NCBI GenBank assembly: GCA_050015075.1
Contig: JBEKCB010000008.1
Coordinates: 32,001 to 96,000, forward strand
Origin: Candidatus Brocadiia bacterium
Lineage (GTDB): Bacteria > Planctomycetota > Brocadiia > CAIUPP01
Reading direction: 5' to 3'
DNA: 64,000 bases
Each line of letters begins with the position of its first letter. The stretch's first letter is position 1. A program made the position numbers and the translations under genes. The notes under the pieces were generated by a model. That model searched no databases. It had not been told where the DNA came from and saw nothing but the letters and a program-made list of their open reading frames with translations. Positions 47,744 to 57,124 of this stretch are shown in pieces.

Positions 47744-48814
47744 TCACACCTTAAACCGGATAAGCAGGATGTCGCCGTCCTGGACGGCGTAATCTTTCCC
47801 CTCGAGGTGCATCCGCCCCGCGTTCTTGGCTTCCTTGACGCCGCCGTATTTCACGAAATCCTCGTAGGCGATCACCTCGGCGCGGATGAAGCCGCGGGCG
47901 AGGTCGCTGTGGATTTTCCCGGCGGCGGTCACCGCGTTGTCGCCGTCCCGGATCGTCCAGGCGTTCACGCCCGGCTCGCCGGCGGTGAAAAACGAGCGCT
48001 GCCCCAGCGCGTGATAGCAGGCGCGGATGATCCGGCGCGCGGCCGGCTCGCGGATGCCCAGCCCTTCGAGAAACTCCCCGCGCTCCTCCGGCGCCAACTC
48101 GGCGATCTCCTTCTCCGCCTGCGCGCAGATCGCCTCCGTCTGTGGCCCCAGGCCCTGCGCCGCGGCGCGCGTCGCCTCGGACGACAGCCCGTCCTCTGAA
48201 ATGTTCAAAACCGTCAGCATCGGCTTCACGCTAAGGAACTGCATCTCCTTGAGCAGCGCGGTCTCCTCGGTCGAGAACTGGATTGCCGACGCCCGCTGGC
48301 CGCGCTCCAGGCCCTCCTTGAGACGCTGTAGCGCCGCGAGCTCCTTCTTGTCGCGCTCCATCGTCGCGGCGTGCTTGGCGACCTGTTTCTCGACGCGCAC
48401 GATGCGGCGTTCGACGACGTCGAGGTCGGCGACGATCAGCTCTGCCTCCAATTCGGCGGTGTCGCGCTTGGCATCGAGCGAGCCGCGCGGGTGCGGCGGC
48501 GCGTTGGGCGAGTTGAAATGCCGCACGACGTTGACGATCCCATCGGCCTCGCGGCAGGCGGCGAGGACGTCGGTGACGCGCTCGCGCTCCATGTCCGAAT
48601 CCACGCCGGCCACGTCCAGGAAATCCACGTGCGCGGGCGTCACCTTCTCGGGCTTGAACGCCTTCGCCAGCGCGTCGAGCCGCTCGTCCGGGACCGCCAC
48701 CGTCGCCAGGTGCGCGGCCGCGCCGCGGTCCACCGCCGTGCCGTGCGCGCCGGTGATCGCCTCGAAAAGCGTCGTCTTCCCGCTGTACGGCAGGCCGACA
48801 ATTGCGATTCTCAT
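47744..48814 (-). CDS. ychF: YchF family ATPase
   Basis: GLPYSGKTT, VPDERL, DVAG, AGKIHSDLARGFIRAEV, EGKDY.VQDGD. Confidence 0.93.
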   Translation of the reverse strand: MRIAIVGLPYSGKTTLFEAITGAHGTAVDRGAAAHLATVAVPDERLDALAKAFKPEKVTPAHVDFLDVAGVDSDMERERVTDVLAACREADGIVNVVRHFNSPNAPPHPRGSLDAKRDTAELEAELIVADLDVVERRIVRVEKQVAKHAATMERDKKELAALQRLKEGLERGQRASAIQFSTEETALLKEMQFLSVKPMLTVLNISEDGLSSEATRAAAQGLGPQTEAICAQAEKEIAELAPEERGEFLEGLGIREPAARRIIRACYHALGQRSFFTAGEPGVNAWTIRDGDNAVTAAGKIHSDLARGFIRAEVIAYEDFVKYGGVKEAKNAGRMHLEGKDYAVQDGDILLIRFKV

Positions 48815-49007
48815 TCTTCCGCCAATTCAGTAAAATCGTGACGCCGCATCTGGCCTGGGTTATCCGCGAGCGCGCCGGCTTGGCACGGCCCGAGTCTAGC
48901 ACAAAGGGCGGGCAAGGACAACCTGAGCGCCACCAGCTTGCTTGCCTTATTCGGTCACGGATGTTAATCTCAACTTTTTCAATTTCTTCCCATTGGATAA
49001 CCCCGCT

Positions 49008-49724
49008 ATGAAATTACAAGGTGTGATCTTCGACATGGACGGCGTGCTGTGCGACTCCGAGCCGTTCATCTACGAGGCCTCGCGGCGGATGTTCGTGGAG
49101 ACGTACGGCATCAACCCGAAGGAGGAGGACTTTTTCCCGTTCGTCGGCGCCGGCGAGGACCGGTTCATTGGCGGCGTGGCGGAGAAGTACGGCATCCGTC
49201 TCGACGCGGAGCGCGATAAGGCGCGGACGTATGCGATCTACCTGGAGATCATCCGCGGCAAACTCGAGCCGCTGCCGGGCGTGGGCGAATTCGTCGGCCG
49301 ATGCCGCGAGCGCGGGTTGAAGATCGCCGTCGCCTCCGCCGCCGACGCCGTCAAGGTCAACGGCAACCTGCGCCAGATCGGCCTCACCGCGGAGACGTTC
49401 GACGCCGTCCTCACCGGGAACGACGTGCGGCGGAAGAAGCCGGACCCCGAGATTTTCCTCGCCGCCGCCGCGCGGCTGGGGCTGCGGGCGGAAAACTGCC
49501 TGGTCATCGAGGACGCCCCGAACGGCCTCCGCGCCGGAAAAACCGCCGGCGCCGCGTGCCTGGGCATCACCACCAAGTTCGACGCCGCCACGCTCCGAGC
49601 CGCCGGCGCCGACTGGACCGCGCCCGACCTCGCCCACGCGCCGGAGGAAGTCTTCGGCGGCGCCGATGCCGAAGGAAACGACGTTTTTGCCGCGAAGAGG
49701 CGCAAGAAAGAAAAGCAACCTTAG
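49008..49724 (+). CDS. HAD-IA family hydrolase
   Basis: FDMDGVL, KKPDPEIF, IEDAPNG. Confidence 0.92.
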   Translation: MKLQGVIFDMDGVLCDSEPFIYEASRRMFVETYGINPKEEDFFPFVGAGEDRFIGGVAEKYGIRLDAERDKARTYAIYLEIIRGKLEPLPGVGEFVGRCRERGLKIAVASAADAVKVNGNLRQIGLTAETFDAVLTGNDVRRKKPDPEIFLAAAARLGLRAENCLVIEDAPNGLRAGKTAGAACLGITTKFDAATLRAAGADWTAPDLAHAPEEVFGGADAEGNDVFAAKRRKKEKQP

Positions 49725-49765
49725 GTGTTCGTAAAGCCGTGCCACTTGGTCCTCTTCGCGGCAAA
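49686..49765. repeat. REP-like inverted repeat overlapping the HAD gene 3' end
   Basis: TTTGCCGCGAAGAGG ... CCTCTTCGCGGCAAA. Confidence 0.85.
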
Positions 49766-49920
49766 GACCCGGCGTTCATTCCGCGTTCCCGCTTTCGCTG
49801 GAGCTACGGCGGGCTAGCTGCAATCCGCGCTCGCCGCTGACGGCTTATTTGCTTTGCCCGGCGGAATGTCGGAAAATGGAGTATTGTCGGTTTCTTTCAC
49901 GGAAGGAATGCGGTTCCGAA

Positions 49921-50952
49921 ATGGCTCGAGCGGTTTTCATTCTCCTGGTCGTTGGGCTGGCGCTGGCGATCGCCATTACGATGGTCCCGCGGATGCACGC
50001 GGCGGGAGCCGGGCAGCGCGCCGCAAGTCCGAGCGCGGGCGGTTCGCCTTCGCCCGCCGCGGGCGGCCGGACGCTGATCGTGCTGAAGAACGGCAATCAG
50101 CTCTCCGGCGACGTGCTCAAGGAGAAAGCCGATTCGATCGTGCTCGACCTGGGATTCGCGGTCCTGACGGTGCCGGTCGAGGATATCCAGGAGCGGCGGC
50201 TGGAGTCGCAGGCGGCGGACCTGAAACTCGAAGGCGGCCCGGACAGCATCTACACCGAGGTGGACCCGCGCACGCGCCAGGAGCGGCCGGTGAAGGCGCT
50301 CGCCGACGAGCTGGGCGGATCGGTGGCGGTGGTCGAGACGCCGGCGGCGCTGGGCTCGTGCTTCGCGATTGACGAGCGCGGCTACTTCGTCACGAACTGC
50401 CACGTGATCCAGGGCGAGCAGGAGATCAGCATCAAGCTGTTCCGAAAAGGGATGGCCGGCTCGGACACGCTGAAGATTGACAAGGTGCAGATCGTGGCGA
50501 TGAGCCCGTTCATGGACCTGGCGCTGCTGAAGGCGACGATTCCGCCGGACGTGCACCTGCGGGCGCTGCCGCTGGGGTTCAGCGATTCGATCCAGAACGG
50601 ACAGACGGTCTTCGCCATCGGCAGCCCGCTCGGGCTGGAGCGGACGGTCTCGCAGGGGATCGTGAGCGCCCGGCGGCGCTCGTTCGAGGGACAGCCGTTC
50701 CTGCAGATGACCGCGGCGCTCAACCCGGGCAATTCGGGCGGGCCGCTCTTCGACCTGCGCGGCGAGGTGATCGGCGTGACGAGCATGAAGGCCGGCCTCT
50801 TCAGCGAGGGGCTCGGCTTCGCGATTCCGGTGGATACGCTCAAATCCTTCCTGCGCGACCGCGACGTCTACGCGTTCGACAAAGACAACCCCAATAACGG
50901 CTACCGATATCTTCCGCCTCCGCGAAAGCCGGGTGCGAAACCGGCGGAGTAG
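49921..50952 (+). CDS. Trypsin-like (S1C) serine protease without PDZ
   Basis: TNCHV, DLALL, PGNSGGPL; N-terminal anchor and LKNG...GDV domain. Confidence 0.88.
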   Translation: MARAVFILLVVGLALAIAITMVPRMHAAGAGQRAASPSAGGSPSPAAGGRTLIVLKNGNQLSGDVLKEKADSIVLDLGFAVLTVPVEDIQERRLESQAADLKLEGGPDSIYTEVDPRTRQERPVKALADELGGSVAVVETPAALGSCFAIDERGYFVTNCHVIQGEQEISIKLFRKGMAGSDTLKIDKVQIVAMSPFMDLALLKATIPPDVHLRALPLGFSDSIQNGQTVFAIGSPLGLERTVSQGIVSARRRSFEGQPFLQMTAALNPGNSGGPLFDLRGEVIGVTSMKAGLFSEGLGFAIPVDTLKSFLRDRDVYAFDKDNPNNGYRYLPPPRKPGAKPAE

Positions 50953-50983
50953 GCCGCGCGGAAGTGCAGGAAATCGCCGAAAG

Positions 50984-51063
50984 TTTTGCCGCAAAGAGGC
51001 GCAAGAGGCACAGCTCAAGGAAGAGAAAACTGCGTTTGTTTCTTGCGCCTCTTCGCGGCAAAA
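50984..51063. repeat. REP-like inverted repeat (same family as 49686)
   Basis: TTTTGCCGCAAAGAGGCGCAAGA ... TCTTGCGCCTCTTCGCGGCAAAA. Confidence 0.88.
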
Positions 51064-51103
51064 TTCGTGGCCGTTTTTTCGTGTTAGAGAAAGGAAGCTT
51101 CGG

Positions 51104-52906
51104 ATGAAGACCCGCTGCGCCGTCGCCGCCGTGCTGGGCCTCCTGGTCGCGGCCTCGTGGAGCTGGGCCGCGCCGGCGTTCGAGAAGGCGGTGCCCGAGG
51201 ACACCATCGCCTTCGTGACCGTGCGCAGCATGCCCGCCTTCCAGCAGCACCTCAAGGCGGACCCGCTCTACGCCATCTGGCAGGAGCCTTCCGTGCAGAA
51301 GTTCCTCCAGAAGCCGGTCGAGAGCCTCAGGCTGAACATGACGGAGGCCGAGGGCAAGGCCGGGATCAAGTTCGACGAGATCTGGTCGCTCTTCCACGGG
51401 CAGGTGGCGCTGGCGGTCACGACCGATCCGAACGACTCCGACAAGCCGGACGTGATGCTGCTGGTGGATGTCGGCAACGACGGCGACCGCGCGATGCAGT
51501 TGATGGCGCTGGTCGAGGCGGCCTCGAGTAAAGGACCGGAGGCGCCGAAAGAGACGGCGGTCGAGGAGACTTACGAGGGCGTGAAGCTCATCCACATGCA
51601 GCCGGCGGACGACAAGGGCGCCCAGAGCGGCGAGCGGCACGCCACGTACGGCGTCGCCGGCGACGTGCTCATCCTGAGCGATTCCGACGAGGCGGTCAAA
51701 CGCACGGTCAACTTCCTCAAGGCGCCGCCGGAGAAGAGCCTGGCGACCACGGCCACGTACCAGGCGGTCCTCCAGAAGCTTTTGCCCGAGGCGGACGTGC
51801 TCGGCTTCATGGACATCGCGCAGGTCACCGCCATGGTCAAGAAACACGCCGCGGACTCGAACGGCGGCCAGGGTCCGCAGGCGTCGCAGACGCTCGACGC
51901 GACCGGCCTGAGCGGCCTGGGCGGCCTTGGCCTCAGCCTGGCGATCGGGCCGGAGTTCGACACGGTTCAGCTCTTCGCGCAGACCGTGGGCGAGCGCAAG
52001 GGCATCCTGAAGATCCTCACGCCGGCGGCGGGCGAACTGAACTCCGGCGCCGAGGCGCCCGCCGACGCGGTGACGTTCATGTCCGTGCGGTTCGATCCCG
52101 CCGGGATTTTCGACGAGATTCAGAAGATGCTCGGCGTGATGTCGCCGCAGGTGCTGGCGTACCTGAACGCGTATACGGACGGGATGTCGAAGAAGCTCGG
52201 CCAGCCGTTCGATCTGCGCAACGACGTCCTCTCGGTCTTCGGCCCGCGGCTGGCGGCGTACTCGCGCTATGAGCAGCCGGCTGCGCCCGACGCGAAACAG
52301 CAGGCGATCTTCATCATTGACATCGTCAACAAGGCGGCGTTCACGGGAATGTGGGACAAGCTGAACAAGATCCTGCCGGAGCAATTCGCGGCGTTCCAGG
52401 CGCGCGAGTATCTTGGGCAGCAGATGTACGTGCTCGCGCCGCCGGGCCAGCAGCCACCGCCGCCGGAAGGCCAGCAGACGCCGGCGTTCGTGGTGACGGA
52501 CCGCGAGTTCATTTACTCGCCGAATGTCGAGGCGCTGCAGGCGCACCTGCGGCGGATGAACGCCGACGGCCCGACGCTGCGCGACCAGCCGACTTTCCAG
52601 GAAGCGCTCAAGACGATCCCCGCCGACGGCCGCGTGATGTTCGGCTTCGAGGACCGCTCGCGGCAGGTGGAGTACGTCCTCAAGGCGATCAAGGACGGCG
52701 ACTTCGCCGCCGTGGCGGTCGCCCTGCGCAGCGAACCCCGCGTGGCCGAATTCCTGGACCAGTTCGACCTGACGCTTCTGCCCGACGCGGCCGACATCAC
52801 CAAGCACCTGTCCCCGAACGTCTTCTGCGCCGTCGTCCAACCCGAAGGCCTGCTGCTCATGTCTCGGTCCAGGACCATGCCGCAGAAGACTGAGCCGGAG
52901 AAGTGA
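51104..52906 (+). CDS. Secreted hypothetical protein (DUF3352-like)
   Basis: Signal peptide, VPEDTIAF, GQVALAV, strong codon bias. Confidence 0.7.
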   Translation: MKTRCAVAAVLGLLVAASWSWAAPAFEKAVPEDTIAFVTVRSMPAFQQHLKADPLYAIWQEPSVQKFLQKPVESLRLNMTEAEGKAGIKFDEIWSLFHGQVALAVTTDPNDSDKPDVMLLVDVGNDGDRAMQLMALVEAASSKGPEAPKETAVEETYEGVKLIHMQPADDKGAQSGERHATYGVAGDVLILSDSDEAVKRTVNFLKAPPEKSLATTATYQAVLQKLLPEADVLGFMDIAQVTAMVKKHAADSNGGQGPQASQTLDATGLSGLGGLGLSLAIGPEFDTVQLFAQTVGERKGILKILTPAAGELNSGAEAPADAVTFMSVRFDPAGIFDEIQKMLGVMSPQVLAYLNAYTDGMSKKLGQPFDLRNDVLSVFGPRLAAYSRYEQPAAPDAKQQAIFIIDIVNKAAFTGMWDKLNKILPEQFAAFQAREYLGQQMYVLAPPGQQPPPPEGQQTPAFVVTDREFIYSPNVEALQAHLRRMNADGPTLRDQPTFQEALKTIPADGRVMFGFEDRSRQVEYVLKAIKDGDFAAVAVALRSEPRVAEFLDQFDLTLLPDAADITKHLSPNVFCAVVQPEGLLLMSRSRTMPQKTEPEK

Positions 52907-52918
52907 ACGGCCGCCGAA

Positions 52919-53069
52919 ATTTCCGATTGCCGATTTCCGATTGCAGAATTATGACGGCGATGTGAAAAGGAAGGGTGAATGGCCGCCAACGGCGCGCGCC
53001 GGCGCGCATGGTACGGGCGCAACCCGATCCGCATTCTCATTCGGCAGTCGGCATTCGGCAATCGGAAAT
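52919..53069. repeat. Inverted pair of heptamer tandem repeats
   Basis: ATTTCCG-ATTGCCG-ATTTCCG-ATTGCAG versus ATTCGGC-AGTCGGC-ATTCGGC-AATCGGA. Confidence 0.85.
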
Positions 53070-54419
53070 ATCGTCCGCCTCCAGCACCTCAAATCCCGAC
53101 TTCGCCGGCTTGGGCCAGGAAGTGTTGCAGTGCGGGCACGTATCCTGCGCGATGGGCCGCCGCTTCCCGCAGCCGGGGCAGGCTTCAGTCCGTTTGTCCC
53201 AATGGGCGATTACGTAGGCCCCCGCGCCGGCCAGTCCCGTTAGAAATGTGAATGCCGGCCAGGCTATTGCCCGCCATCCGCGCCGACCCGTCCTCGCCTG
53301 ATGCCAGGTCACCAAGAGCGTTAAGGCCAGGGACAGGATCACGCTTTCAATCAGTGCGGCCGTCGTCAGCTTCCACATCGGCAGAAGCAGCAAGGCCAGC
53401 GGCATGAGGATAGCACGGGATACGCCATAGTCGGCGTTGATTCGAGAATTCAACTCGTTCCGGTCAATCTCCACTCGGCGCAGCACGCTGCCGTCACTGC
53501 TCAGCAGGAATAAATTCTCCCTCCACCGATCATTCCACCAATTGTCGCGCGTGTCGCGGGTCGCGATGGAAAAGCCGCCGTTCTCCAGCGGCACAATCGT
53601 ATTCGTCCAGGCTAGAATGGACTGCGTCAATTCGTCGGACAGCGGAATCTTGCGAACCGGCGGCCCATGGAAATCGAGTTGCCACAGGGCGCCCCCTGAG
53701 ATCAACCACAGGCACGCAACCTGGTGGTCTTGTCCGCGCCGAACTCCCCAGCCTTCGACTCTTCCATGGAACAGGCGTTCGAGGCTGAGACTGCGCGGGT
53801 TCGGATTCAGCCGCAGGATTCCATCATCGGTGATCAACAGGCAGGCCTCATCGTTGGGCGTCGGAATATCGCCGAGCATGTAGGTGTAGCCTTCGCGGCT
53901 GGGAATCGGATCGCAGAGCCGGATGCGTCCCTTCGGCCGGCCGGGAGCGATCGCCACGTCGCCGTCGGGACCGATGGACTCGGAGCGAAGGCGCGTCCCC
54001 AAATCATAGAGGTCAAATTGCCCCTCAGCGCCGTTCCACCAGAGAAAAGAGTACTGATTCCGCCACGCTCTCCGCGACCACCAGTCCGGCTCCTTCTCGC
54101 TTACCGCCGTCATTGATATTCGCGCAGCCTGGTATTCCTTATCGAATGCCTTCGGAAGAACGGACAGATTTTTCACTAACAAAGTTTCGTCGTAAACCTG
54201 CGATGCGGACCGCATATTGATTCTTGGGTCAACATAGCCGACGACATGGGCCAGCGAGCCGTCGGATGTGAATACGGATTCCATCAGGGTCCGGCGCAGA
54301 TTACGTGTGCGAGCTGACTTATAGTAGTCCAGCCAGCTCTGGACAAGAGCGACGATGATGAAGACGGCCAGGAACAGCATTGAGGCTAGCGCCACCGACG
54401 ACTTGGCTGATGGCTTCAT
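53037..54419 (-). CDS. Membrane protein with C-terminal zinc ribbon (ABC operon member)
   Basis: N-terminal TM, C-terminal TMs, CPGC..CPHC. Confidence 0.75.
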   Translation of the reverse strand: MKPSAKSSVALASMLFLAVFIIVALVQSWLDYYKSARTRNLRRTLMESVFTSDGSLAHVVGYVDPRINMRSASQVYDETLLVKNLSVLPKAFDKEYQAARISMTAVSEKEPDWWSRRAWRNQYSFLWWNGAEGQFDLYDLGTRLRSESIGPDGDVAIAPGRPKGRIRLCDPIPSREGYTYMLGDIPTPNDEACLLITDDGILRLNPNPRSLSLERLFHGRVEGWGVRRGQDHQVACLWLISGGALWQLDFHGPPVRKIPLSDELTQSILAWTNTIVPLENGGFSIATRDTRDNWWNDRWRENLFLLSSDGSVLRRVEIDRNELNSRINADYGVSRAILMPLALLLLPMWKLTTAALIESVILSLALTLLVTWHQARTGRRGWRAIAWPAFTFLTGLAGAGAYVIAHWDKRTEACPGCGKRRPIAQDTCPHCNTSWPKPAKSGFEVLEADDISDCRMPTAE

Positions 54420-54428
54420 GGCAACCTT

Positions 54429-55175
54429 TCAGTATTCTCGAGTCCGCGCCTGTTCGCGAATGGCCCAAAGGACCAACACCATGCTCAGGAGGGCTAACGC
54501 CAGCGCGATCAGCAGAACCCACATGTCCGTGGTTTCAGACATGCGGTTATCCCAGTAGTAGTGAGGCCGGTCAAAGGGATCCGTAGCCCTGGCCGCCAGG
54601 ATATATGCGGGAATGGCGACGACCAGGGGAAACCACTTTGTGGCGTACCAACGCGCAGGTCGCAACGCGGAGAGAAAAGTTGCGAGATAGATCATCGCGC
54701 CGGCGAGGAACGTGAATAGAAGCGTGAAGAACATGTAGGCATATATCGGTCCCGGCCAGACTCCAGGTGTGTTCAACCGCGCGACGATCAGCAAGCCTGC
54801 GGGCAAAAAGACAATGAGGTACATCAAGAGGCCGGCCAGCGCCTTGGCGAAAACCATACGGCTCCTTGGCACAGGCAGGTGCGCCAGCATGGGCCAGGTC
54901 TTGCGCCGCCGCTCCTGATAGACCTGGGCCAATGCAATCGCTCCCGCGACAAGGAGGGACAGCAATATCCAGAACGGATTCAGTTGACGATTAACCCCCG
55001 CGTCGCTGACGGGGTCCGCCCCCATGCCCACGGGTTTGAACAATACCCGACAGACGCCGACGAGGGTCCAACCGGCGTCGCAGGCGGCCATGTCCAGGAA
55101 GAAAAGAACGACGACGAATGCCCCGAGCAGATAACGGGCGTTCTCGCGCAAGTCTTTCTTGATGATCGGCCACAT
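54429..55175 (-). CDS. ABC-2 type transporter permease
   Basis: KKDLRE, ERRRKTW..L.HLPVPR..K, six TMs. Confidence 0.85.
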   Translation of the reverse strand: MWPIIKKDLRENARYLLGAFVVVLFFLDMAACDAGWTLVGVCRVLFKPVGMGADPVSDAGVNRQLNPFWILLSLLVAGAIALAQVYQERRRKTWPMLAHLPVPRSRMVFAKALAGLLMYLIVFLPAGLLIVARLNTPGVWPGPIYAYMFFTLLFTFLAGAMIYLATFLSALRPARWYATKWFPLVVAIPAYILAARATDPFDRPHYYWDNRMSETTDMWVLLIALALALLSMVLVLWAIREQARTREY

Positions 55176-55177
55176 GG

Positions 55178-56074
55178 CTACTTTCTCCCGCTCAAAGGCG
55201 CCGTGTAATCAATGAACAGGTCCTCGAGCCCCGCGTCGAGCGGTTCGACCTCTTCCGCCCCCAGCTCGCGCAGTTGGTCCAGGCGGCTTTCATCGAATGA
55301 CGCCAGCGTGAGAGTCGCCTCGTTCTCCAGCCACCGTACGCGCAGGAGCCCCGGCACGCTGATCTCCGGCCGCTGCCCCTCGCGGAACCGGCACCGCACG
55401 CGCCGGACGTTTTCCTTGAACGTGTCCAATCCGCAGTCCGCGCGCAGCACGCCTTCCTCGATGATGCCGATGCGGTCCGCCACGCGCTCGACGTCGCCCA
55501 GGATGTGAGAGCTGTAGAAGATCGTCCGGCCTTCCTGCTGGATCATCTCCACAATGGATTCGAGGAAGTCGCGCCGGACGACCGGATCGAGGCCCATCGC
55601 CGGGTCATCCAGGATGAGCAACTCCGGCTGCGGGGCCAGGCACAAGGCCAGCGCCACTTGCGCGCGCTCACCTCGGCTGAGCGTTCCGATCCGCCGCTTC
55701 GGGTCGAGCCGGAACCGGGCCAGCGCGGCGTTAAACCATGGCCGGTCCCAGGTCGGATAATAGTTGCGAAGGAACTCGGCGTGCTCGTCAATCCGCATTC
55801 CGGTGAACAGGGGATGGCCCTCGGACAAGTATCCCACCCGCGCTTTGACCTCGGGCGTCAGGTTCTCCGAGTCGCAGCCCAACAGCGCGCTGCGCCCGCG
55901 GGTGGAGTAAAGCATGCCCAGGAGCATCCGGATCGTCGTGGTCTTCCCCGAGCCGTTGCGGCCGAGGAAACCATAAACGCATCCGCGCCGGACCGACAGG
56001 CTCAGCGAGTCCACCGTCTTCTTCCGTCCGAAGTACCGCGTCAGCCCTTCGGCCTGAATCACAACCTCACTCAT
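55178..56074 (-). CDS. ABC transporter ATP-binding protein
   Basis: GRNGSGKTT, LSRGE, LILDDP, SSH. Confidence 0.95.
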   Translation of the reverse strand: MSEVVIQAEGLTRYFGRKKTVDSLSLSVRRGCVYGFLGRNGSGKTTTIRMLLGMLYSTRGRSALLGCDSENLTPEVKARVGYLSEGHPLFTGMRIDEHAEFLRNYYPTWDRPWFNAALARFRLDPKRRIGTLSRGERAQVALALCLAPQPELLILDDPAMGLDPVVRRDFLESIVEMIQQEGRTIFYSSHILGDVERVADRIGIIEEGVLRADCGLDTFKENVRRVRCRFREGQRPEISVPGLLRVRWLENEATLTLASFDESRLDQLRELGAEEVEPLDAGLEDLFIDYTAPLSGRK

Positions 56075-56465
56075 GTTCGGGCTCCCTCAGCCGATAGCGC
56101 TTCGCCGCAGCGCGAACCATCTCCAGGCATTCCTCTTCGCTGAACCCCAGGTGAGTGGCCTCGGTCAGCAGCGCGTCCACCTGCTTCTGGAGCAGCCGCC
56201 GGCGCTCCGCCAGGGAAGACGCGTTGCCGATTTCCGCGACGAAAGTTCCCCGGCCGCGTTGCGAATAGACGAGTCCGGCGTGCTCCATCTCACGGTACGC
56301 CGCCGCGATCGTGTTCGGGTTGATGACGAGCTGAAGCGCCAGGTCGCGGACCGACGGAAGACGCTCCCCCGCGCGCAGGGCGCCGCGCGCCACCCCTTCG
56401 CGCACTTGGCGGACGAGTTGCGCGTAAACCGGTTCCGTCGAAGATGGGTTGACCTCAAATCGCAT
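56067..56465 (-). CDS. GntR family regulator (YtrA subfamily)
   Basis: PVYAQL, GERLPSVRDLA..INPNT, RGRGTFV; short C-terminus. Confidence 0.93.
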   Translation of the reverse strand: MRFEVNPSSTEPVYAQLVRQVREGVARGALRAGERLPSVRDLALQLVINPNTIAAAYREMEHAGLVYSQRGRGTFVAEIGNASSLAERRRLLQKQVDALLTEATHLGFSEEECLEMVRAAAKRYRLREPEHE

Positions 56466-56479
56466 CAGCAGCCTTTCAC

Positions 56480-56502
56480 GTGTACCATTACTACTAGTAC
56501 AT
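56480..56502. promoter_or_regulatory. YtrA-type operator palindrome
   Basis: GTGTACCATTACTACTAGTACAT directly upstream of the GntR gene. Confidence 0.75.
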
Positions 56503-56611
56503 ATATCACACCAGGGTCTTGGAGTCAAGAGATTTTTTTCAAAGACAAAACATGAGTCGCGCGGCGCGCGGTCGGCCTGCACCTGATCACGGGCGCTGGA
56601 AGAAAGGCCGC

Positions 56612-56641
56612 TTGACAAGATGGCACACCATATGGTATAAT
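56612..56641 (+). promoter_or_regulatory. Consensus sigma70 promoter with extended -10
   Basis: TTGACA-18bp-TATAAT preceded by TG. Confidence 0.65.
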
Positions 56642-56850
56642 GGTGCTGTCTGAAGTTGCGGTAGCAACAGTAGTTACGACTCAAATGCTGATTTGAAAAA
56701 ACGAATCCAATTTGCTGTAACATACTGCCGTGTAACTGCTTACGCCAGTGTTAGCGTAACATACTGCTGCACCTATGTTTATAGCGCTACTGGCAAGGTA
56801 TTGCACGGGCATTCTTCGAGGCTTTGCGCGCGCCGCTTGCGCTGGGAATG

Positions 56851-56953
56851 GGATTCCCGCCTTCGCGGGAATGACGCAGGAGACGGCGGACGGCGGAATC
56901 CGGCGCCGTTGATTCCGCAGTCCGCACTCTGCACTCCATAATCCGCACTCTGA
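56851..56953. repeat. REP-like hairpin plus heptamer tandem repeat
   Basis: GGATTCCCGCCTTCGCGGGAATGAC, then six ATTCCGC-like units (56912-56953). Confidence 0.8.
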
Positions 56954-57011
56954 GAACTCGCTTGCATTGGGGGGCATTTTCCGCAATAATACGGTTTTGG
57001 CGGCAGATCGA

Positions 57012-57086
57012 GCGGGCGTAGCTCAGTGGTAGAGCACGACGTTGCCAACGTCGTTGCCGTGGGTTCGAGCCCCATCGCCCGCTCCA
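57012..57086 (+). tRNA. tRNA-Gly (GCC)
   Basis: GCGGGCG/CGCCCGC acceptor stem, D arm, CGACG-TTGCCAA-CGTCG anticodon arm, TTCGA T-loop, encoded CCA; TTGCAT-17-AATAAT upstream. Confidence 0.97.
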
Positions 57087-57124
57087 TTTTTCCACCCGTG
57101 CGATTTTCCCGGAGGTGAACGCCG

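Noticed and set aside
52919-53069. Short tandem repeats considered as a CRISPR array
   Set aside because: Heptamer units without unique spacers; no cas genes.
56791-56805. Sigma54-like TGGCAAGGTATTGCA
   Set aside because: GG-to-GC spacing is one base short of the strict -24/-12 requirement.
56600-56820. AT-rich island considered as oriC
   Set aside because: No DnaA boxes (TTATCCACA) seen and no dnaA/dnaN context.
57012-57086. tRNA-Gly as an island integration site
   Set aside because: I saw no duplicated 3' end and no integrase; it is followed directly by tig.
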